Source of the DNA: Paraphysomonas bandaiensis
Taxonomy: Eukaryota; Protista; Chrysophyceae
Reading direction: 5' to 3'
DNA length: 64,000 nucleotides
NCBI GenBank assembly: GCA_965644295.1
Contig: CBFFRP010000123.1
Span: forward strand, 1-64,000
Under the pieces are notes generated by a model. The model worked only from the letters and a program-made list of their open reading frames with translations, ran no database searches and had not been told where the DNA came from. Below are positions 51,485 through 62,500 of the stretch, piece after piece. The first letter of the stretch is position 1. Every line of letters starts with the position of its first letter. The translations under genes were made by a program, and so were the position numbers.

Positions 51485-51612
51485 ATCCTTCGTATATTTT
51501 TGTTCAAAGATGCCTCTAATATTGAGACAACAATTATCTGTATACCAGCCGTAGTTATAGTTCAGTAATATAAAATATTTTTGATTCAATTTATTTACGA
51601 AAAATAAGATGC
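51485..51612. repeat. ~128-bp dispersed repeat, copy 2
   Basis: Same-orientation match to 17687-17814. Confidence 0.8.
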
Positions 51613-52676
51613 ATATGGGAGTCTACCTAGAAGTGGAGATGTTAGAGAGATTTTGGTGGAGTAGGAATAGAAACCTATGGTTTATCATAATTATATTAGT
51701 AGAAAACCTAAGATTTCATAAGTTTTGCTTAGAAATGCAGGATTTTGGGAAATGAACAGGGATATAACATATGTGCGTGTTGATATGATGTGATACATAC
51801 AGTACACTGCTATGAGATTACACACACACATGAATCTTATAATAACATTAAAGTATTAATCTCAGCCAACTCTTCTATAAATGTATTTGAATAGAGTTGT
51901 TTGTCTCTATGATCTCATAAACAACAATACAAACCAATGAAGAGATACAATACATATAGATAACAACATATATGACTGTATGACTGTATGCTTGTATGAG
52001 TGTGTGACTGTATGAGTGAACAAGCCTACTAACTATATAGAAAATTTATTTTTACAGGATTTTTCACCGAACAAAGAGTTGTTGTTACCATTGTCGAGTT
52101 ACGAAGTTCAGATTATCTTTCAAACCAAGATTCAAATTTGTGGCATGTCAGTGAATCTGGTGGATCTCAATGTAATTACCATGATAGCAACTATGCAATC
52201 ACATATCACATCCAGTATTATGTAACATCATGGTCCTCTTTCTAGTTAATATATAATTCAATATTACACACCCAAGAATATTCATTCTCTATCGTTTATC
52301 AACTACATTATACATGAACTCTTGTCGATTGAGAAAGTTTGTGTATAGTACACGAAGGAATTGTGTGCATTTCTAAAATGTAATTCATATAATGAAGAGT
52401 ATTTCATGTTTGTTAACTAATATTAAAGCGTTTAAAAGGATCAACTATTGTCGTTGTACCATACCTGTAAAACTACAATGCCGTGATAACAGTACAAATC
52501 AAACCAATCATTGATAACATCAAGTAATGTATGCTACCCCAATACTGCATATTGCATTGGAGAAACTATATTCAATACTACAGATATTATACTACGGATA
52601 CTACTCATCGACAAGGTCCACAGCATTAAACGGATTCGAACACTATATTACAGCATGTTCATCACCACGGTCAGAA

Positions 52677-55113
52677 CTATGCATCAGGAGCAAGTATATC
52701 AATAAATAACTTGAAGCACCGTCTCTCGTCATCTGCATTTGCCGCGAATATTCTTGGGTCATCACTTGGACTTCTGATACAATTCGGCGCAAACACCAGT
52801 GAGAGATTAGTGATCTCCATATTAGTTATCTGCAGATAGTATAGCAATGTGAGCGATGACAATCGTAAAGACGCCGAAAACATACATGTGAAGTAACTGA
52901 TAGTTCTCTTAAGAAAGTGGCTAAATATTTCAATACACACCAGTTGAGGGGTGGAAGCTCTTTTAGTATGTCCTAGGCGGAAAAATATCAACCAAATGAA
53001 TGAGTACAACTCTACTTACCGCTGCCATTAGGTAGTCATTCTTCTTCCCAGCGCTTACACATAGCGTATACATGTCAAAACCTGTAACCGGCTCAGGCAT
53101 GCGGCGAAACCAGATCTTTAGTAAGTCACAAGCAATGAGACAGTCATGAATGGGTATAGCAGCATCTTCTGGATTAGAGCTAACAGGTTGCTTTAGAGCG
53201 CCTCTGGAACCATTTGAATTACGTATTGAGATGTAGTTCCCTCGCTCAAGCTGAGACAGCACTGCCTTCACCGTGCCCACATCCGCGGCCTCTCTGAAAA
53301 CCCCACTCCTGGTCTTTCCTCCTCGCTGTAGAATGAACTCGCATAGCAACATCAAAACCTACATACCAGATCAGCAGTGCACATGACAAAAGAGAGTCAT
53401 ACCTCTGGTACAGTGTTTTTGGAGTTTACTAGCGTAGATCGTAGCGGAAGCATTGCATCCGGATCACGTGTATACATCTCTTTCAGCAATACACACTCTA
53501 TCCTGCACTCGTACGTCTGCTCACTCAAATTTGAATTCCTAATCAATTAGTCAATCAAACACGCACCTTCTCTGGTAAAAAATAGGTCTTTAGGGGAAGA
53601 ATGTGCTTTCTGTATATTAGATTTTGAGAGATGTGAAGCTGCATTGCTTGCACGTGTTCCGTCTGTTGATTCTTGAGAATGTGGCACAAGAAGCTGTGAG
53701 TTGTGAGAGCAAGTCCACCCACGGCTGAGGGGAGAGTGCGATGTGTATGTGCGTGAGCAGCCACTACTCTCATCAGCTGTGGCGAAGGCAGGTAAAGCAT
53801 GCAAATTGCCACCATCAGTTCCCAGCCCCGCTCCTCTGATACAACGCTCGGATTGTCAGTAGTTTGTTTGATTAACTGGCAATACACTTCGTCAATAATT
53901 CCGGAAGCGTGACAGCGTCCAGCTTCTGAGAGAACCTCAAAAAATATTCTCTCATTGGCCTCCGGCGTTCCAGATATATCCCGGTCCATGTAGCCACATA
54001 CTTGCTCGTACATCTTCTTGGCAAGCTTCTCATTGGCAGCCGGTATGATCGTCAATGACTCATTATACTTCTTGCTATAACTAATGACTATCTTCGAAGG
54101 TTTGATATACTTCCGACCAAACATGCCCCATTTTTTTTGCTTTTTAAAGTGATCCGTGGCATAACCTGCTATAGAGAAGTGCGATATCTCATCCTTTAGC
54201 TCCTGTGGCAAGCCGTGCTGTTGTACAATATCATCAATAGCCTGCGCGGAAGCCATATCCTGTGTCTATCGAACACAGGGAGATGATCAGTTCGATTGTT
54301 GTTTATAACAACCAGTACGTACCGTAGTGCGGCTGCCTCGGCGTCCCCTTGGAAGAGGAGAGGGGTTGACAAGACCACATTCACTGTCCATAGATTGCGT
54401 CGAATGTATGGAGTGCACATCCAGTTTATCTGACAGGGGTCGCTCTGCATGCACAGTTTCTGCTGACCGTGTGGCAGGTGTTGATGAACCAGTATCTCGG
54501 ATAAAGGGCATGGGGTTGCTCATGGTTCGACCGATTAGCATGCCCTTGACTGGTGAACTATTAGACGAAGTTGTCCTTGGTGGTGGAGGAGGTGGTTTAA
54601 AGGGTGGTGGTGGCTTAAATGATGGAGGCTTCAACTGACTGCCTGTTGAGGGGCTACTTATACTACTAGGAGAAGTACTAGGACTCCCTGACGTTGCGGT
54701 AGTCACACTCGACGATGTTGACTCCGCAGTGGTGTTAGCACGTTGTAAAAGCTCTGGAGGTTCATGGTCTGAACGAGGATCCATCCACTGTGAAACATTT
54801 GTAACAGAGTTATAGTAATAAACGCCTATATTAACAGCACAGAGTAAGGTTTATGCACATCCATATATAACCATTACTTACGTTGATCAGGACTAACATG
54901 TCTGTTCCATCCAGGTGGTAAAGGTTTCTCTGGTTCTTCTATTCTTAAACAACTTGCTGGAAAATATCCCTTTGAATCCTCATATTTAATATACCACCAA
55001 TCACTGTTCTCTGATGAGATGACAGACACACTATCACCCGCATTAAGTGATAAAGCATTAGATGCAACAGCTTTATATGAATGTATTACAGTTGCAATAT
55101 TAGTTGATTGCAT
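52677..55113 (-). CDS. SH3-WW-MyTH4-RhoGAP protein (ARHGAP39/Vilse-like)
   Basis: SH3 (ALSL..GD..WW..GYFPAS), WW (LPPGW..YY..SQWMDP), MyTH4 ([20 protein letters not shown]), RhoGAP ([21 protein letters not shown]). Confidence 0.87.
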
Positions 55114-55679
55114 ATTAATAATATGATAGATAGGAGATGCTTATATATATATATGTTCCTGGTAATCCACACGGATCTCTTTAGATCATCAACATACAGG
55201 AGTGTCAAGTGTCTATCAAGTGTCTGTTAAGGGTCAATCACAGTATCTAACACTCTATCATATATTGATCTATCTGATTTATAAGTGTATTATATGACCA
55301 TCTACTTCTAGTTCTACTTCTAGTTGTTAAGAGAACAGCAGTATGATATGGTTCTTCTCGTACACCTCCAGGCTGTATATGTATATATAGAAGCAAGAAG
55401 CAACCAACTGCCTTTTTCACAACGAGATTTTTTATGTCATACTATTGTCAAAAATTATTACCATATACAGATATACGTAAATTAGGTACAGAGATGTCTG
55501 TCTCATCGCTCTCTACACTCAAGGGGGGTATCTAGATATCGGAGTATTATATGACATAGGCAGAAATATATGAGATTCATATACCTAAAAACTAAAAAAA
55601 TGAGATTAAAAAATGTACATTTCTAGATTTTTGTCTTCATTTTTCTCACACCGTTCCTTACATTAAGAATCCCACTGCC

Positions 55680-56183
55680 TTGCAATCAACAGTGTTTGAT
55701 GTTGCAATCAGCAGTGTCCGATGTTGCAATCAGCAGTGTTTGATGTTGCAATCAGCAGTGTTTGATGTTGCAATCAGCAGTGTTTGATGTTGCAATCAGC
55801 AGTGTTTGATGTTGCAATCAGCAGTGTTTAATGTTGCAATCAGCAGTGTTTGATGTTGCAATCAGCAGTGTTTGATGTTGCAATCAGCAGTGTTTGATGT
55901 TGCAATCAGCAGTGTTTAATGTTGCAATCAGCAGTGTTTAATGTTGCAATCAGCAGTGTTTGATGTTGCAATCAGCAGTGTTTGATGTTGCAATCAGCAG
56001 TGTTTAATGTTGCAATCAGCAGTGTTTGATGTTGCAATCAGCAGTGTTCGATGTTGCAATCAGCAGTGTTTGATGTTGCAATCAGCAGTGTTTGATGTTG
56101 CAATCAACAGTGTTTGATGTTGCAATCAGCAGTGTTCGATGTTGCAATCAGCAGTGTTTGATGTTGCAATCAGCAGTGTTTGA
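55680..56183. repeat. Minisatellite, 22-bp unit GATGTTGCAATCAGCAGTGTTT, ~23 copies
   Basis: Head-to-tail near-identical units with no spacers. Confidence 0.97.
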
Positions 56184-56774
56184 CTCAATATAAATCATAT
56201 ATAATGAGGACAATATACACCTACATGTATGTCTCTTTAAAGTAATGATTAAATATTTATTGACATATATTCCGCAAGAACGAGTCAGATGCTGCGGTTG
56301 AAGTATTAGATATAATATGGGCTGATAAATAGAAACATTCACATAGTGAGGATAGAGATAGACCCGAGGATCGAGGAGAAAGGCGGGAAGTGTACGCAAA
56401 TGTAGAAGAGAAATTATACTTTCATTCGCTTTATTTTAAGAATACTTTATATTGGTTAGATTAGAAAATTAATATAAAAAATACTGCATTCGATGGCCGG
56501 GTCACTCAAAATACTATTATTAGGAAGTTGAACTTTTGATAATTTTGAAGATATCCGTATCGGGCATTTTTTAATGGATTTATAAACGCCGTAAATTCAG
56601 ATTTAGGCGCTGAATGTCCAGTGTTTTAACGGCTCAAACAGGATCAACTTGCTTGGACAATTGCTTAGCGATCAGATGTGGAGTAATTTCAGGTTGTGAG
56701 GACATGACAGTCAGTGAAGCATCGTTTTCCAGTATTAAATATGGCAAGGTATCAACAGAGATAGTTCCCCCGAC

Positions 56775-59180
56775 CAGGGCCTGGTAACCATTAATGGCCC
56801 ATTAATGGTAGTCCAGTTCCCGGCAATTATAATGGCATTAATGAAAAATGTCCCGGCAATTATAATGGCCATTAATGGCCCATTAATGGTCTTTAATACC
56901 TACTAACTTAAAGTAGATAGCACCACTCATATAATAGATAGTGCTGTGATCCCTTAATTACTAATTTTTAGTTAACTAGCAGACTGCAATTTTAACTACT
57001 TCTCGCTGCTCTCTACTGGCACATCAGGATCTTCTTGCAGGGCTTCATGGATGGTATAAACACCCCACAACATGTAATTGGCTCGTAGGAATAGCAACGA
57101 TTCTAGACGATATGGATTCATGTTTCTACGCTCAGGCGTCATAATTAACTTTGCACGACTAAAGAGCCTCTCAACAACATTAGATTGTGCTTCGATATGA
57201 AGCAAGCAGCGGTAGTTGGACTCATAGGTACCAAGTCGAGCTCTCTTGGTGACCTCGGCGCTGTCCAGAACACGCTGTGCAAAATCAGCTCCTTCACTCT
57301 CGTCCTCGTTATTTCTGTCGGGTACACCAACCTCCATGGATAAATCCAGTTGCAAATGTCGAACTGCTCTTCTCTCATTGCCTGTCAACTCTCTTTCATC
57401 GTTCCCTTGAATTTTAGCCACTGCCTTCTCAAAATTGGCACTGGCAACAATGCTTGCATTTGGGGAAAGGTATGGATGCAGCTCTGGAAATTCTTGTAGC
57501 AGCATATCAAATAACTGGCGGGCTTGGTACAAATTGGTTCCATCTCTTTGTAAGGCCAGCGTAACACTCTGTAACTTTTCAAGTTGCGTCAAATATTGTT
57601 TCAGATCTCGAAATTTAGCTGGAGTAAGAATCTTATCTTCCAGGGTGCTCGGGAAATTACATTCACCAAGAAAAGGATGCAGTTTTACGTATTTAACCAG
57701 CATGTTGTATGTTGAAGACCACCGAGTTACATTTCTTCTTTCCGGCTTTATGTTTGTCTTCTGCGCAAGCAAACTTGCATTCTTCAGCGTCCTTAGATCC
57801 TTCATCAATGAATCGATTCTTTCAATAATGGTAGTGAGGCCTGTCTGGTTGCAGAAAATATTTGCAATTGCCAAATTCAGTCGATGTGAGTAGAGCAACC
57901 AACCATTGGCTTCTCCATTGATTCAGTCAGTTTGCGATTTACTGAACAGTTATCACACACAAGACAATCGACATTGGCAAGAGTTTTATTGAATACTCGC
58001 AGTTGATTAATGATATGATCTCCGATATCTGCCGCAGTAAATTCAATACCAGGTAAATCGTTTTCGTCCGGTTGCTCTTGAGGTCCGCAGCATAGTAACA
58101 CTCGAGTAACCCCAGCTTTATTTTCCTTGGACCACATTGCGAATATTGCAATATAATGATCTGACATGCTATCGCATGTCCACCCATCAAAAACTAGACC
58201 AAATTTATCTGGTAACATAATACTCAACTTCCTTTCCACGAGTATATGTGTGCGTTGTAAATATTTCATCACCGTCGTAACTGAGATGGGTGCTAAATTG
58301 GTGTTCATCCGAATATACTTATTCTCCACGATAGAAAATGGTTCGTTGTTCATAACTATCCATTGCAGCCACCGAAATAAGTTCCTTGCAGCAGGAGATA
58401 CTTTCTTTCTTACAAAAGACAATATATCGCCCCCGTGAAGTCTTTCACATCCCAAAATTCTCTCGAGTTCCTCTCGCCAAGAAAAATCCGCATGTTTGGT
58501 GCTCTTGGTTATATGATTAACACAACTAGTGTAACCTCGCTTTATATCCTGTTTAAGGCGATCATTGCACAAAGAACAAATATGATACAGAGGATTATCT
58601 GAATCCACTCGAAAGAAGACTCTGTAAATTACACTGCCATCAATTTTTTCGGCCATCATCGTTGCTTAATATGGATATATATACTGTATGGTATAAATAC
58701 AGAGTAAAATATTACTTTGCTTAGTTGTGTACTGCTGTAGCTTCTTTTAACTTTGGGGGAAAATAGTATTTTTATGAATGTCTAGGTAAAATATGCATAT
58801 TTTCAATGATTATTTTAGAGTTTTTGGGGTATATGAGTAGGAATTCCTACGTCGCTATATATAGATATTGCTTGCTCAGGAAACTATTCTCCACATTGAG
58901 AAGATGGTGAACAAAGTTGCCACAAAGTGCCTGTAGAGTTGCATGAACATTGTTGTCTAATATTGCTTAGAGTTTCTTCGGAGTATAGAGGAGATACTAT
59001 ATTCTATTATCTTAAAAACACTCAGTTCTATATATAACAGTACAGATCATTAATGGTAGTCCAGTTACCGGCAATTATAATGGCATTAATGAAAAATGTC
59101 CCGGCAATTATAATGGCATTACCATTAATGGCCCATTAATGGCCATTAATGCCATTACCATTAATGGTTACCAGGCCCTG
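56775..59180 (-). mobile_element. hAT DNA transposon, 2406 bp
   Basis: Perfect 23-bp TIR CAGGGCCTGGTAACCATTAATGG; 8-bp TSD CCCCCGAC (56767-56774, 59181-59188); subterminal CATTAATGG arrays. Confidence 0.95.
56996..58659 (-). pseudogene. hAT transposase with one frameshift near 57893
   Basis: BED-like finger (CSLC..H..H), FDGWT, CDN, C-x-SHRLNL, TRWSS, VERLFS; split over two overlapping ORFs. Confidence 0.88.
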
Positions 59181-59551
59181 CCCCCGACTACTGCTCTTGC
59201 AAAGGAATGAAAAGAACTGCATGCTGTGAGAATTTTCTGCGTTGGTTGCTTCTACTTATTGCCCAAGTAATAATACATTTCAAACAAATTATATAAAGTT
59301 ATGCGTGGCGTTGGAACCGTCAGATACTAGCCATGAAGCGGCACCGTGATCATACTAATGTAGGATAAATATCATAGAGCTAAAAGATAATGCTTCATAG
59401 AGCTAAATGATTCATACTCCTACACTAGTAAAGACATGTTCATCACTGATAATAAATTGCAAAATATAAACAGATGATATATTTACGAAATTGCACTACA
59501 TGCACCTGTCGAATAGTAACGAACGCGCATAAACATCTACACACGTATATT

Positions 59552-62500
59552 TTATACAGTGCCATTGGTTCTTTCTTCAAAGGAGGTAAACTCGTTGGGT
59601 AAAAAACACTCTGACATAACATCAGCGATATCTACATTGCGACTACTTTGACTATTATTACGTGATGCACTTATCATCGGCTCTGACGAAACTTGAGCGA
59701 CATCGGAAGAGTTGTTTGACCCAGTCTCTGGTGACTTACTGCATAGAGGGGTAGCATCCAAAACAATCCCATCAACACTTCTATTCGAAGCTCCAGATGC
59801 CACTAAGCTTTGCCGTTGTTGCTGCCGGAGCAATCTTAGTCTGGCCCGTTTCATTTTCCTCTTGTCCTCTGCATCCCCAGTAGCAATAGAGCATTCACTA
59901 GAAGAGCAAGTCGGAGCGTCGGTGATGTCAATTATTGTCGCAACTACCTGCTCTCTCATTCCGTTGGAGCCAGAGGATAAATCAGGCTTCGCATCTTTGG
60001 GTACGAGCTCTTTATGTCTTTGGAGAGGATCACGTAAAGTGGTATATGGTGCAGGCATGGGCTCTGTTGGACACGGTGGTAGTACTGCAGCCACTTCACC
60101 GCGCACCAGGCTAAGTCCATTACTACTGGAAGATGAATACAGTGCATTAGAAGGCCCTAATAGAGTTGGATAGCTGTAAGGGTTGTCCATAGCTCTGATT
60201 CGTGGTACTGGATCCATTGCTGCCGCCAATCCGTCAAATTCATCATCCCTCTCCGGTATCAACGGGTCATCTCCAACTACATTTCCGACACAGTTCGTGT
60301 CTATTTTTGCACCAAAGTGTTCAACTTCTCGATCTTCGACAGAATCTTCTTCAGCATCTGCCTCGCCCAGAGAAGTGTTCTTGATCTCTTCTGTTGCAAG
60401 CTCCTCTACCAGTCCTGTAAAACAGCACAATAATGATGACAGACAGAAGATATATACACAATAACCTTCGATCGTGGCAGAGAGGGGGGTGATGTCATCG
60501 ATATCTCCGAGCGGATCATCAGCATTAAGATCCACATTTTTGGTGCCTTCAAAAACTTCTCCCAAGGTATTCATTTTTTTCCGCAACATTGGCCACAACA
60601 GGTCATCAATAGTACCCTTAGCAAGAAAATAAAATACGCGGACTTCGGACGTTTGCCCAATGCGATGCGCCCTGTCTTCAGCCTGGATCATTGCCCCGGG
60701 CGTCCAGAACATCTCAGTAAAGAAGACAGTGGAAGCAGCAGTAAGTGTTATAGCCACTCCGGCAGAGGTGATAGCCAGTACTGCGACACGACAAGTACTG
60801 GAAGTCTGAAACTTATCAATTAATGTGAATCTTTCCTGCATATAACTATCACTGAAGAACCCAGACCTTGAATTAACAAACCCACCTTGCTGGGAGTGCT
60901 CCCATCAATACGAATCGATTCAGCTCCACGCTGCCGTAAAAACTTGCTGACAGCGTTCATCACGGAATGATGATGTGCGAATATTATTACCTGCGTAACA
61001 TAAGTCAAAATAATTCATAAATTTTATTTCCTCACTTTTCCCGACATTCTATCATTTAAAAAACTTGAGAGGTGGTCAAAAAACCCATCTAATTTGGCCG
61101 CCCCAGATTCAGTGAACAATTCCATAAGGAGAGACTTTTTTGATTTCTTTTCGTCTTGATATGATGGACGACGAAAGGGTACAGCCGGCACAAAATTATC
61201 AACACTGTGAGCATTCTCGGCAGGGCGCTTCCTACTACTCCTTGACCCGCCCACTCCCTCTAGTTCACTGTCTTGCAGTTGCTGTTGAATACCCCTGTCA
61301 TATCTTAAAATTTCCTCTACTGAACACTGGAAGAACATACCTTAATCGCATCTTCATCTCTTGGCACTTTACTTCAATCCGAATTATTCTACGTTTCTTT
61401 TCAGGGAGTTGATCAAGAATATTCTTTTTAAGGCGACGAATCATTACAGTTCCTAGTAATACCGTATTCAACTCTAACGTGTTGCTGGCCCCTTTATTCA
61501 CACCAAACGACCCACGACCCCGATTTCGACTACAACTGAATTTCATGAGGTGTCAGAAGGCCATTATTACCTACCTGTCACAGTATCGCTTCACAAACTC
61601 CTTTTCACTGGGCCAGTCACTAGGAGCGAGGGCATGTAGCTGCGTGAATAATTCATAGGGGCGGGAGAGGGCCGGAGTGCCTGTGAGCATAACTACCCGA
61701 GGGGCTTTGTCAAGGACAGGCATTAGCGCTTTGGTTCGTTGCGCTTTAGCATTCTTTAAGTAGTGAGATTCATCCACAATTACAACTTTGTATTTCTTAT
61801 CTAGTAGGTACTTTTGTACCTGATTGGGTATGTATTAGATAAATATGTACTAAATATACGAAATACCTTGGACAGTATATTATATGATAGAACAAGGAAC
61901 TTGTGTTCTGAGGCAAGAAGTTCCTTTGGGTTGAGAACGTCGACCACATTAACATCCGACTCAGTAATGAGCTCTGGACTAAGCCAGGATATCAGCTCAG
62001 CCTGTTAGTAATAATTAGCTAAATCATCCGGAGCACAGTAGTGACGAATATGTTACCTTCCAATGATACCGCGCAGATGACGGAGTGACCACCAATACTG
62101 GCCACTCTGACTGATATACTGCAGCAGAGGCAATGGCTTGTATGGTGTTGTGTGTTACTACATATTGTTCACAAACATACAAACTATCCGGAGCGTCTAC
62201 AGATATACAAACAACTTCCGTAATACGACAAGGAATAATCTCACATATGCGACGGTGGGGCCTGGGTGGATTGTCATAACAGCAAGCTGTGTGCGCCTTC
62301 ACAAGATATGGTAGAGAAAACGGACACAGACCAACAGGCAAAACCACCTCTACAATTCGAACATCGTTGTTATTCGACAAAACCGCCGTACCTCCCATAG
62401 ATTGCACTAACTCCGTCAAGTCAGCCATCAAGGCGACTTGCTCTATTGGAATAGATGCAATAGCGGTGCGATATTGCGATGAAACTTTACCACAGACATC

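Noticed and set aside
55680-56183. CRISPR array
   Set aside because: Units are contiguous with no unique spacers; no cas genes; eukaryotic context
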